DNA of 64,000 nt, from NCBI RefSeq assembly GCF_001194135.2, contig NC_068984.1, positions 103,651,845-103,715,844 of the forward strand. The letters run 5' to 3'. Under the pieces are notes generated by a model. The model searched no databases, had not been told where the DNA came from, and saw nothing but the letters and a program-made list of their open reading frames with translations. This document shows, in pieces, positions 1-12,362 of this stretch; within the stretch, counting starts at the first letter, position 1; every line of letters starts with the position of its first letter. Source of the stretch: Octopus bimaculoides (lineage: Eukaryota). A program made the position numbers and the translations under genes.

Positions 1-31
<31 letters not shown>

Positions 32-92
32 CAATGTTAAATCTCTGAACGATATATATATATATATATGGGGGCGGGCAAAATTATAGGTG

Positions 93-415
93 CTAGAGTG
101 GCTGTGTGGTAAGACGTTTTCTTCCCAACCACATGGTTCCGAGTGTAGGTCCACTGCGTGACACCTTTTTCTGTAGGCTCCGGGCCGACCAAAGCCTTGT
201 GCGTGGATTTAGCAGACGGAAACTGGAAGAAATTTGTCGTACATGTATGTGTCTGTGTGTTTGTTGCTCCAGCACCGCTTGACGACTGGTGTTCATGTGT
301 TTAACATAGCGGTTCGGCAAAAAAAATAAGTACTGCGGTCAATTCGTTTAACTAAAATGCCTTGATGCTTGCCCAAGCAGCGCCGACGTCTAATGACTGA
401 AACGAAAATAAAATA
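93..415 (+). mobile_element. tRNA-derived SINE, family A (CR1-type tail)
   Basis: A-box-like tggctgtgtggt, body ccgaccaaagccttgtg...gacggaaactg, tail aatgactgaaacgaaaataaaa; matches the copy at 47955. Confidence 0.8.
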
Positions 416-419
416 TAAA

Positions 420-668
420 GGTATTCACATATATATACAAAATATATACATATATCTATTACATATAAACACAAATATATATATACATATATATATGAAT
501 GTGTCTATACATACATAAGCATATATACATACATATGTAAATACACACACACACAACTACATGTGTGTGTGTGTGTAAACACACGTATATATGTATATAT
601 ATATACATATATATATGTGCGTGTGTAAACATACACATGTGTTTATATATATATATGTAAACATACAC

Positions 669-703
<35 letters not shown>

Positions 704-770
704 CATACATACATACATACGTGCACATACATACACGCACACATACATACATATGTAAATATACATACAC
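420..770. repeat. Compound (AT)n/(ATAC)n/(AC)n microsatellite
   Basis: Directly visible; source of the YIYI/VCMY pseudo-ORFs. Confidence 0.95.
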
Positions 771-942
771 CCAACAAGCGATTTATGTTAATTTCTAAAG
801 AATGATAATATAAACGATTTGCAGTTAATACATGTATTCTGTGAATATTCCAAACTTTTCTAAGCTTCCATGCATTCTTTACTCTACCAGTTTGTAAAGA
901 GCGAAACGGTAACATTCAACACACATATTTATATAAACACGA

Positions 943-945
<3 letters not shown>

Positions 946-1020
<75 letters not shown>
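946..1020. repeat. Perfect (TG)n microsatellite, about 37 units
   Basis: Directly visible. Confidence 0.97.
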
Positions 1021-1021
<1 letters not shown>

Positions 1022-1204
1022 TGTTAACATACATATGTGCTGGTGTTTGTGTCTTCATGTGTAGAAAATCGCTTCAATATAAATTTAATTAATCCGTTCT
1101 GTCTCCTCTGACTTTGTACTAATACTAAATCAAATCTTTTTCTTTATTATAGTTATGTCGACACACAGACACAGTCTCCTTCGCACTCACTCACTGCTTT
1201 CACC

Positions 1205-1377
1205 CTCCCTCTCTCTCTCTTTCTCTCTTCCTCCCTCTTCCCCTCTCACTCATTTCTCACTCTCTCTGACCCTCACGCACTGACTTCTTAAAGTCATCCC
1301 TTATACTTCCATGTGGTGGTTGTTTGGTAGTGAATAATTGCTGGTTGACAACCGACGCTCGGACACAGAAAGCTGCG

Positions 1378-1409
<32 letters not shown>

Positions 1410-1517
1410 GTGTATCTGTGTGTGTGTGTGTGTAATTGCTTAGTAGTACATTAAGTATATTATATATATATATATATATATAGGCGGACATACAAATATA
1501 TGTAAAGATTTAGATAA

Positions 1518-1561
<44 letters not shown>

Positions 1562-1770
1562 GCACACATGTATGTATTAATATATCTGTGTGTGTAGAAC
1601 GTGTTGAAATGAAAGATCTGAGCAACAGAAGGATTGAGTGAATGAAAAATAAAGTAGGAGAGAGAGATATGTGAGAGGAAGAGGAGGAGATAAAGAGGGA
1701 GGTGTGTGTAAATGAGAGTAGGAGAAGCAGTGAGTGTGAGGAGGAGAAAGAGAAAGAGAGATATGTCTTA
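1205..1770. repeat. Upstream low-complexity block: CT-rich tract, (TA)n/(TG)n runs, GA-rich tract
   Basis: Pyrimidine tract at about 1205-1265, (TA)n at about 1379-1406, 1462-1480 and 1526-1558, purine tract at about 1620-1770. Confidence 0.85.
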
Positions 1771-1930
1771 TAGTACGTTGCGTGATTCGCTGCCGCCCTC
1801 ATATTGAGTAGTTTTAGTGAGAAGCCAGTAATAATAGTTGGAGAGAGAGAAACCCAAGCAAAAGTAGCTGTCGGTGGTGCTGCTATTTGTATGAAGTCTT
1901 TCTTGCCACCTTGACAAAAAAAAAGGGACT
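1770..1930 (+). promoter_or_regulatory. Probable core promoter / 5' UTR of the cadherin gene
   Basis: CpG-containing non-repetitive stretch between the GA-rich tract and the ATG. The TSS cannot be located from sequence, and an upstream non-coding exon cannot be excluded. Confidence 0.3.
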
Positions 1931-3377
1931 ATGGCGTCTCTAAAAATGGCGTTAACCCTCTTATTTTTACATTCCATCGTTGAACTTGTACATTGTGCGT
2001 CCCTGAGGTGGATATCTTTACCATACACGGCTCCTCTGGGCCACCCTGTTACCAAGTTTCCGTGTCACCGCCATACCACAGTGGCAGGAATAAATCTTAA
2101 TAACTACAACACAGAAAACAAAAAATATGTAGAAACTATACAAAATCCAAATGAACTTTCAACACAAGCACAAAAGTTTAAATTAATAGCAACACCGGCC
2201 GATAAAAGTAAGACGACGGCTTCACAAAATTCTAACACTTCTAAACAACTCTCTGCTTTGTTTTTATTCGACTACACGGACTGTGAATTGCTTACGAATG
2301 GCAATTTAAGTTCTTGGCGAGGCTACAATATCTCGCTAAACCTTACTTTACAAACAACACACTATCACTCTATCGTTCATATTTCAGCCAATCTCTCTAG
2401 TATAAAGTTAAAGTTTCAAAATGATAATTATTTCGGTTCTATATTTGAAAACCAACCGTCTGGTACATCTGTTCGGGGATTACACAATCTTAGTATTGTG
2501 GCCGACTTGAAAACTACCTCTTTAGATATTTTACCTGAACATATTCACTATCGTATTCTCAGACCGCAAAATGCTAGAAAAACTTTTGGCCTTAAGGTTT
2601 TGCCTGATGGAAAAGTAGGAATATTCTCTAAAATGTCACTTGACCGCGAGAAACGATCACATTACCAATTCCTTATAGAAGCTATTGGACCCGAGGGAAG
2701 TTTTGCCACTACGAATATCCGCGTCGATGTTTCAGACCTCAATGATTCACCTCCCGTCATGAAGAAAAAAAAGTACATAACTATGATCAACGAAAATACC
2801 CCTGTCGGTACCCCAATTGTTCAGGTTTCTGCCCGTGACCCTGACAATTCTAATAGTCGGATTACATATAGTATAGAGAAACACAAACACACAAATCATT
2901 TTGCAATAAATCCGTCCAGTGGATTTATTTATGTCAGCAAGCCGCTATATCAAACCATGGATCTTCCTTTACTCAAAGTTCATGCTACGGACGAAACTGG
3001 ACAGCGAAGTCGACCATCTCTTGTTAAAATTGGACTATATGGAAAACGTGTGAATCCAATCCGACACATGTCTAATCCCACCCATTTATGGGTACCTTTA
3101 GGGGATGATGCAGCTTCCTACTCTTCAATCGTCCAGGTGAGGAGAAGGAGGGCCTCCGAACCACAAAGTAGCTTTGTCATCTATGAAACCGATTCGGGGA
3201 GTTTGTTTAATGTATCTGTTCAGGACCCTACATACGAATATTCTCTTTTAAGCGACACTTCGGGTTGGTTCACGGTCGACTCTACTTCAGGAATTGTTTC
3301 TGTTTTACCTGGGAAAAATATAAATTCAAATTTGTACCAGAATGTTATTTTAAGTTTCAATATTACCAACGGCGCTA
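1931..3377 (+). CDS. CadN: Neural-cadherin-like gene, coding exon 1 (signal peptide, cadherin-like prodomain, furin site, most of mature EC1)
   Basis: ATG in context gggactATGg; hydrophobic N-terminus MALTLLFLHSIVELVHCA; cadherin motifs LDRE, DLNDSPP, INENTPVGT, ARDPD; RRRR at 3140-3151; donor A|GTAAGT at 3377/3378 (phase 1). The symbol rests on recalled similarity of downstream exons to Drosophila N-cadherin; it may be a paralogue. Confidence 0.9.
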
Positions 3378-5344
3378 GTAAGTATAAATGTAAAAAAATA
3401 TCTTTAAAGTTTGCTAAATATTCTCTGAAATATTGTCGTTATTTTCATAAATTATTTTATTAATACCAGTATACCTTGTGGATTTTAGATAGGATGGTAA
3501 GATTTATTTAGAAACAATAGCTTTCTTTTTGAACGTACTGACAAAAAAATATTTTCTGTGTTACCTTTCCATCAAATAAAAAAACAAAGCTGCTTTACAC
3601 GGTGCCCCTTCACCTGAAAACCTTACCGTAATTAACTTTTTATCAAATGGCACATTCATACTTTTTAACTGGTTATCCATCCCAAAGTTTAAATACACCT
3701 GTCTAATAATATTTAAGTGTGTACAACCTAAATTAATCTCCGCCGTTTCCCGACAAACTAAACAAGGTGAACTCAACACCTACATTTCTTTTTTCAGTTA
3801 CAATATTATTTGTATTTTACGTTAGTTTTTCTGTTGTTTTTTTTGCATTCCATTCTTTCTGTCAGTTTCTAGACATTCCTGTCTGAGACCAGCAGTAGTA
3901 TATGTGGTCGATATTGTTATTCCTATTGTCGACACCTATCTCTTCTCGTCTATAATTCTTTTACAATTGCTACAATTATTTACTAATTACAAATACATCG
4001 ATAAAAAAGAAAATCACTTTGTAAAGCTTATATATATTTATACAATATTATTTGAACATGTTAGACCTTAGAGACAGCACACACACATCACAGTTTATCG
4101 ATCCCACAATTTTGAAACTTCAATATAAACTTTCTGTATGTCAGATCTTCGATCTTAAACTATATTTCCCTTATATATTATGAAGTGTTGAAACCCCTAA
4201 TATGAAGGGTTTTATCTAAAATATTTAGAAAGAGAAAGGTTGACGAGTATATAGTAAATGTGTGTTTTCCGTTTTGGTCAAGATTAAATCGGTATTATGT
4301 CCAATTAAATCTGTTTTAGTGGATTAATTTCGTTTATTAATATTATTAAAGTGAAACTGTAGCTAGGACATTTTATTAATAGTAGTTTTATAAATGTCGC
4401 GATAATATTAGCAAGCAGTCAGTCTTTTGTTGAACATATATCAACCCTGGTGTGTGTGTGTGTAAAACTTACTAATTTAAGACATCGAAATATTTTAAAA
4501 TACGTCCTAGGTAGGGTGCAAGAATGTTTTACAATTAATATTCTGTCAGTTGTAAAAGGGAGGGGGAGCGATCGACCTCAAATTCACAACTTCGTTTTAA
4601 TAGGAAAGAAAAAAAAACGACGGTAAAGTTCTGTGTTCAAAACCTGTTAAGATCGATAAAATAATAACCCAGTCTAATTGTGACCTTGTGTCTATGACAG
4701 AAATCATTGAAATATTGTGCTCATTAATTTATAACTTACCATTTTCTATCTTTTATAGAGATGTATACTCGCGCAGCATAAACTTTATTTAAATCTTGCG
4801 TTAAATTACTTGTTGACACATTCACATTGTTGTAGATCTTTTTTTTTTTTTTTTTTTTTCCAAGTTGTCTTAGTTTTTTAAAAATTAATTAAACTGTAAT
4901 CTCAATTAGTTTTATCGATGGAAACAACGTATTCCAGCTGTGCCGAGCCGATGCGGCACTATTCACCCGGGTCCAACGGATATTTTCTCCAAACTTGTTG
5001 AATGTTTAGACACTTGTTAAGCAATGTTACGGATGTTGTGACACACACGCAAATGCACACGTGCATTCAAACTATCGCACACACGAACACACAACCGCAC
5101 AAACAGACGCCCACTAGTCACAATGGTAGAAGCGCCGCGTGGTCGCCCTGCTTGCTAGAAACGGCAGCTAAATGTCCCTTAACTCATGCCGTATTTAGAA
5201 AAGGGAGTAAACTCAAAAGAATATACAATATAAGAATAGCCAGGTCAAACGCAAACGTGATGAATTTTTTTTTTAATGTATTTCGGTTATGAAATTATCC
5301 AATATCTGTACTTCAATGTTTTTTTTTAAGTATAAGTATATAAT

Positions 5345-5665
5345 TAACACGACTATTAATATTTAGTCAAATAAATCAGCCAGATTGTCCTTGGTTGAGG
5401 CTTTGGAACAAGAAATCCTATATTTGTGTATTCTGAAGGGTAGAGTGCCCCAAGATTGGTGGCAGGAAGAGGAAAGCATGCAACAGGGAGAATTCTACTA
5501 AATTATCCCCAAGGGCCAAGCACCGAACAACATGCTTCCGCCTGCTAATTCTCTCTTTGACAGAGCTTTGGACCAGCCGAAGATGTAGTAAACACACTTA
5601 CCCGAAATGCTGCACACTGCGATTGAACCCCGAACTTCATAATACATTCCTTTAATCGAGTTCAC
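5345..5665 (-). mobile_element. Divergent relative of SINE family A with a different 3' part
   Basis: Reverse complement reads ggggttcaatcgcagtgtgcagcatttcgggtaagtgtgtttactacatcttcggctggtccaaagc, alignable to the family A head/core. Confidence 0.5.
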
Positions 5666-8659
5666 AGCTGTTGTATGAAGCATCGTCAGATAAATGTAGT
5701 TACAGAAGCACCATATATGAAAAAGTCTTGATATTCAAACAACAATGGCGGTGCCCCAGCATGACCGGAGTCTGTAAGCTAAGACAGGTGAAAGTGTAGA
5801 AGCGCTAACACGTACGTCGTTACACAAAAACTGATGAGCACACGCACCATCACAAATGTATACACATACACACACACCTTCACCCGGTACACTAGCGCAC
5901 ACACAAAGTATTTAAACTTTCTCCCATTCTTTGCATATAAGATATGTGTATTTATAGGTGTGTGTGTGTAGCCTTAGTAACTCGTTTAATTTTGAAAATT
6001 CCTTTTCTTTTTCACTTCAGTCTGTGAAAACATCCCTCCACTAATTATTTCTTTGTTTCTTTTCAAAGAAGGAAAAAGAAATTGTCACGCGCACACACAT
6101 ACACAAGGTGAACATTTTAGCTCAAAGGGCAAAAATGTCGACCTGAACTCTCTTAAAATACAGTGAGCCTTTATTCTGAAATTAACTCTCCTATCATTTA
6201 GGAATATCGGTAATCGTCTCTCTTCGAGGTTTGTTATGGATTGGATTTAACAAGTATTCTGTGTCTACCTCTACTTTTGGGCAACAACTACAACTAACTT
6301 TGCCATCGCCTCTAGCAAATATGTCGACCGCTTTTGCATTCCACCTACTTAATTCACTTTTTTTTCTTGTCTGGCCACTCTTACCTGTCTCTTTGTGTCT
6401 CCCTCACTATTTCTCTTCTCTTTGTTTCTTCATTTCCTCCCTCGTCATGTAGACCTCTATCTCTCTCTCACACACACACACACACACGGGCAGAACGATC
6501 ATGCAAGGTTAATTAATCTCCATTCTGTTTTTAAAATAGATTTTTCTCCCCATTCCCATCTCACCACACATGCTCATACACGCACAACAAAAACAACCCT
6601 CAAAATATATTAAAATGACAACTCACACTCGGGGCTAAATTTTATACTCCCTTCCTATTTAAATATATACTTATGCCACGCCACTTCCTTAAAATAGATT
6701 TGTATGCTCTCAGTAAATGATTTGAACATATCATTTGCACGACATTCAAAACAACAAAATATGAATTCTTGAATCCCTGGAATTTTTATCTACATTATCT
6801 ATTGACTCAAATAGAAATACCTGATCTATTTGACATTGTCTTCTTCACGTGTATCTCTAATATTTGTTGGTTGGATATTAAAAAGATACGAGAGTAGCCT
6901 TTATGATTTATTTGCTCAGTTCACTTTAGCTCACTGCTCAACTATATCTAGGACAACACCTGTGTTTAGCATTAGGTTCTAATATTCATTGTAACTGTCA
7001 GTTAGTAGCTGCTGGTACACACACACATAGGATATTGACTAAAGGATTGGTTATTAAAACAGGTTTTTTGTTCGTTTTGTGTGTTTTTTTTTTGTTTGTT
7101 TTTTTTCAATTCTATTTCCTTAAATGGTTGAGTCATAACTATATCTTGTATTGAGGACAGCTTTTCATTGAGACGCTTGACAATTCTGCCTTTTTGTGTT
7201 TGTACTAGGTGGGTGGAAAGTAATATCTGTCTTAATTACCTTAATCTTAATGTCTGCTGGGACAAAACTTACTTAGTAACGCAGCCACAGTTATTAAAAC
7301 TAAGCCCCTTTTATAAAAGTTGCTGCTGTTTAGCCAACTCCGTGTTAGTTTGGATCGAGCTAGCCTTCAGCTTTGACTACCACGCCTTTATAATGTGTCC
7401 AGAATTATACATTGTCCAGGAGACTGTGACGGGGTGAGGTCCTGCCAGTATGTCGGATCAGGGTCCAGAAACCTTAAAGAAGGACATGATTGTCTGACGG
7501 GCTTTTCCCTGTAATTAAAATTTTAAAAAAATTAAGCATACGCAGATTCCTTGAATATTAAAAAGAGAGCCCCATACTCCGGATAAAGTCTTGTTCTGCC
7601 TTGTGAAATTTGTGTTAATCTCTTGATCTTTGTAAAACTGTGGGTTGAGGGAGATTTGGTTGCAGGTCGATCGGAGGTCCTGATGGATATACCCTTCATA
7701 GTAAGGTGGTATTATTTGAGGGTAATTTGGCTGCTTTTACATGCAGATCTTGCTAGATACCCGCTGTTCTTCGTAGGACGATGTTTGAGGCCGATTTGGC
7801 TGCTATTACATGCAGGTCAATTCTCAAGGTGCTTTGCAGTGTTTAGTTATAGCCTCTAGCGTAGCTCGAGTGTGTGCCGCCTGGGGCGGCTCTTCCGTTT
7901 GCCGCTCTCGGACCCCACAAAAACCCACATTGTCTACAGCAGACCCAAAAGTACCCCCCCCCCCAGGTACACTAGTGGTTATAGCTCTTTATATCGTTGA
8001 GTTTAAATCCTACCAAGGCCGACTTTGCTTTCATTCATTCTACTAGAATCTGCAAAAGTAAGTACCAGTGAAGTACTAGAGTCAAATTAATCAACTAGGC
8101 CCTCGGCCCAAATTTGCAGACGACCTTGTATTAATGTTAAAAATCAATATCTTCAGTGGGAGCTTTTTAACACACAGTTGGACATGTGTATAATAAATAC
8201 AACGCAATTTTATTTAGAAATGCTAAATACCATGTACTATTTTGTTTTCGTCCACCTACTTTCTGAAATTCAAGTCCTTCAGCACTCCTTATACTCTAAT
8301 ATCAAAATAGTTCTTGTTTAATTCAAAGAAGGTCTATGGTCCAAAGTATTCCAGCGACAACTTTTTTTCTTCGTGTAAGAATACTGTATATTATGTCTGA
8401 AATAAATTCTTTCAAAGTGTAATTTGGGGGAGATTTAGCTATTTCTAGCAGGTCAAACAAATACATATGGGCTCCTGTGTTAACTCTTAATCAACCTGTT
8501 TACTTGGCTGTTCTTTTATCGTCCCTGGGATGGTAAAAAGTTCAGTTCCCATCTTCAGTGGGAATTGAACTCTTATATAAATGGGCAAAACTAAATACGA
8601 CAAAACATTTAGCTCTACCAGTTTAGCATCCTTATTCAGTTATTATTATTGGTATTCTT

Positions 8660-9240
8660 CTTTTCAACTCTTTACATTCTGACAAATTCTTGAGTTCACT
8701 TCCTGCCAAGTGCAACTTTGCTATTCATCCTTTCGGGGCCGATAAACGTACCAGTTAAGTATTAGAATTGTTGTATTTGACTGAGGCCCTCCCTCTAAAA
8801 ATTGCAGGTCTTTTGTTAAAATTTGAAACCGTTATTATTATCATGGTGGCGAACTGACAGACTCATTAACACACCAGCCAAAAGGTTTACTGGCATTTTG
8901 TCCATCTTTACATCCTAAGTTCAAATACCACTAGGGTCGACTTTGCCTTTCAACATTTCAAGATCGATAAAATAAGTACCAGTTGACCACGGGGTAGGGG
9001 TCAATGTAATCGACTTAACCGACCCCGCTGAAATTTCTGGCCTTGTGCACAATTTGAAACCATTATTATGATGGTGAGCTGGCAGAATTGTTAGCACGCT
9101 GGACAAAATACTGAACACCATTTTTATGTTTTGAGTTCAAATTCCGCCAAGATTGACTTCACCTTTCATCTTTTCTGGGTCAACTAGCACCCCCATAAAA
9201 ATTTCAGGCTTTGTACATATAGTGGAAAGTATTATTATTT
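8660..9240 (+). mobile_element. Three head-to-tail tRNA-derived SINEs, family B
   Basis: Repeated module ggcgagctggcagaat...gagttcaaattcc...actttgcctttcatc...aagtaccagtt...ggccttgtg with (ATT)n tails; copies at about 8660-8835, 8845-9070 and 9072-9240. Confidence 0.8.
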
Positions 9241-9242
9241 GG

Positions 9243-9560
9243 GGAGGCGCAATGGCCCAGTGGTTAGGGCAGCGGACTCGCGGTCAGAGGATCGCGGTTT
9301 CGATTCCCAGACTGAGCGTTGTGTATGCTTATTGAGCGAAAACACCTAAAAACTCCACGAGGCTCTGACAGGGGGTGGTGGCGACCCCTGTTGTAATCTT
9401 TCGCCTCAACTTCCTCTCACTCTTTCTTCCTGTTTCTTGAGTAAAGCTGCGATGGACTGGCGTCCCGTCCAGCTGGGGGGAACACATATGCCATAGAAAC
9501 CAGGAAACTAGGCCCATGAGCCTGGCTAGGCTTTAAAAGGGCGCATAAATGAAATAATTA
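9243..9560 (+). mobile_element. tRNA(Arg)-like SINE, family C, with a V-SINE-like motif
   Basis: Head ggcgcaatggcccagtggttagggcagcggactcgcggtcagaggatcgcggtttcgattccc (A and B boxes); motif gcgatggactggcgtcccgtccag at about 9449-9472. Confidence 0.7.
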
Positions 9561-9564
9561 TTTG

Positions 9565-9985
9565 GCGGGTGAGCTAGCAGAATCATTAGATGCCAGACAT
9601 AATGCTCAGCATTTTTTTTTTTTTTTCCCAGCTCTTTACATTCTGAGTATAATCTTGTCGAGGTCAACCTTGCCTTTCATCCTTTCGGGATTGATAAAAT
9701 GAGTACCAGTTCAGTACTGGCATCAATGTACGACTCTTCCTCCAGAATTTCAGGTTTTGACCTATAGTAGAATTATTGTTTGGAAGGTGTTGGATTGGCA
9801 GAATTGTTAGTGTTGGATAAGAGGCTTTGCAGGATTTCTTCCAGCTCTTAACATTCTGAGATCCAAATTTGCTCAGGTCAACTTAACTTTTCATCCTTTC
9901 AGCGTCAATATAACAAGTACTGGTCAAGTACTGTAATCATCCTGTCCTCTCCCCTAAAAATTGCTAGTATTGTGCCAAAATTAGG
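9565..9985 (+). mobile_element. Two further family B SINEs
   Basis: Same module at about 9565-9778 and 9785-9985. Confidence 0.75.
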
Positions 9986-10272
9986 CACAGCTGTCAGGTT
10001 GCTTCTTAACCACATAGTTTTGGATTCAGTCCCATTGCATGGTAACTTAAACGAGTGTCTTTTACTATATCCCCAGGTCAACCAAGGCTCCATGATTGGA
10101 TTTGATAGATGAAAACTGAAAGAAACTTGTGTGTTTGTGTCTCCTTTCTTGACATTGTGTGATATTTGTTAATGAGTACCATTGTCATACAGGCAGTATC
10201 ATTCATTTCTTACATTCTGCAAAAACATGTCAAGGCATAGAACTATGAACAAGTGGATGTCAAAATGATGAT
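9985..10272 (+). mobile_element. SINE with family A head and RTE-type tail (family A2)
   Basis: A head/core to ...gaaaactgaaagaa, short (GT)n, then tail ending aagtggatgtcaaaatgatgat. Confidence 0.65.
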
Positions 10273-12362
10273 TTCGAAAGCCAGTGAACATCAGAATTAG
10301 TAAAACATCAGAGAAAATGTGTTGCCTCTTTACATTCCAAATTCAGACACTGTCGACGTTGTCTCTTGTCCTTTCAGATTCAGTTAAATAGACTTGTTAA
10401 GAAGTGGATCTGCTATAATAAATTTGTGTGCTTGCACCTATGTTGTCAATCCAGATTAATGATATCGTGGTTGGATTAGAAGTTTGCCTGAACAACAATC
10501 CCTGTAATAATTATTAATTCCCTTCAAGTAATGTTGTTCTGTTCAAGTTTTGGATCTACAAGTTAAAAATATAGTACAGAACCTCTTGTCTGGCTTCCAA
10601 AAATGTAGGAATACTATGCAATATCTACTATTTACTGTACTATAATTGAGTAAATAGACCCTGTTTTTTAAGTTGGTCAATTTGCATAGTGTGTTAAGAA
10701 TCATTTTATTTGTTACTTTTTTAAGCATATTGGTAAAGATTAAATATATTCTGCTTTAGAATTGTGTTAATTTGTACCTGTATCTGTTAAGTAAAATTAA
10801 GTTCTTTACTTTTCTTTTGATTTCTAGCTTAATGAACATTATATTGTACACATGGTACAGTATGGTATATTTTAAGAATTTTAAGTGGATTAATAAATAT
10901 CAAACAGACTCTGCTATAGATGTGTATTAATTTGAATGTTAAATTTATTTCTTTACTTTTCATAGTTTAGTTTATATTTTAAGTATACATTTAAACTGTC
11001 TCCACATAAGCTAGTTAGTTATCCGGGACACTTCGAGTCTAAAGCTTACCAGATAATTGGTTTGGTACTGTATAGGATGTTAATAAAAGCCTCTTTGTCA
11101 TGAAACAAAATAAATACCATGGACTCTACTCACATAGGTTCAGTCCTTCCTTCCTTCTCTTTTTTATATAGATACTAGTGTAGCATGGGTCAAGAATGAT
11201 GTGTGTATAGAATAAATTAGGCAACCATAAATTTTAGTAGAAATATGTTTAAGAGAGCTGAGGGAGAAGAGGTTAATGAGAGATGAGGTTTTCAAAAACA
11301 TAAAAGTAAAATTAGTATGAGGTCAATAGTCTCTCTCTCCTAAATGAGACAACCAACAGACTGAGTTGGTTATTTTATAGAGATGAACCAACCAACAAAG
11401 TAGCCTTTACACACCAAGACCACTCAGCTTGTTAAAATAGTTAAATCTTTCTCTTCAAATAAGACCTCACTGTTGTAAGTACAACAGCCACTCGTGAAGA
11501 TTTCAAATTGGAGCATTATAATAACTTATTCAATGGTTTACAATTCTCAATTTCATTACTAATGACTTCAATTTTATTGAGCTTACTTTCGTTGTGTCAA
11601 TCTTGATCAAACATACTTATGATCATCAGTGTCCTGGCCATAGCCATTCCATATTTTTGTATATCAGGGGCTACACAATGTATTTTTGGTTTTTGTCTTT
11701 TATTTATCTCTTTCTCTTGTATTGCCTAACATTGGTCAGTATTAAACTAACCAAATGTCCTTTAAAGGATCTAAGTCACAGCTATTTATCTAACATTCTT
11801 TGGTTGCATCCTCCAATATTTGAAGATTAAACCCTGCTGTGGTTATCAGTGACATTCATTTCTCAGGTGTGAGAGTAAATTCTAATTAGTTTAGTTTGAT
11901 AGACTGTTTTGTCTCTAACGATATTTGTTATGCTTAATCAGGGAGAGATTATATTAACTTTAATTAAAAATAATATTATGAATGTCGAAAGTTTTATATT
12001 TATTTATCAACTGAGAAATATGCCAAGAAGTTATTTTTGAATTATCAAGAATTGAATACATTGTGATAGCAGTGGCTAAAAAAATATCTGTGGCAAAAAC
12101 CTTGTAACAAATGTTACAAAATATTAAATTTATTATATCTAAAAATTTTATATAGATTCTTCTTGTGTCTTTACAGCAAAGCTAAATTATTCTGATTGTT
12201 GTTGTAATTAATTACAAATGAAATATGGCATAATTTAATGGGAATTTCTTCAGCATACTGTCTTTTATGTATCATGGTAAACACTGTGTTTTGCTAGAAA
12301 ACTAAAAGAAAAGAACTTGAGAATTAATACTCATTACTATTCTTTGGACCAAAACTGTAGTA

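Noticed and set aside
459-1064. ORFs with YIYI/VCVC/THTH repeats here and at 17189, 41990, 47949 and 61695
   Set aside because: Translations of microsatellites and SINEs; not protein-coding.
3134-3142. Strong donor-like CAG|GTGAGG just before the furin site
   Set aside because: Phase 0, out of frame with exons 2-4; only exon 5 would be in frame and would join partial domains. There is no evidence of use without RNA-seq.
3378-3463. C-terminal 28 aa of the 510-aa ORF (SKYKCKKISL...)
   Set aside because: Read-through into intron 1 past a consensus GTAAGT donor; the spliced product continues the cadherin fold.
3561-3779. Minus ORF starting SPCLVCRETAE, reminiscent of a nuclear-receptor zinc finger
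   Set aside because: Only one CxxC, no downstream HYG/CxxC, and no convincing splice context.
7170-7950. GC-richer segment with a ~30-bp internal duplication, possible LINE ORF1/endonuclease remnant on the minus strand
   Set aside because: Only faint motif resemblance; cannot be supported without a profile search.
9243-9320. Possible tRNA-Arg gene
   Set aside because: The acceptor stem does not close, and the sequence continues into a SINE body and tail; it is a tRNA-derived head only. The same applies to the family A heads.
10365-10480. Acceptor-like tcttgtcctttcag followed by a short open frame
   Set aside because: Stops occur in the frame needed after exon 1, there is no cadherin similarity and no clear donor.
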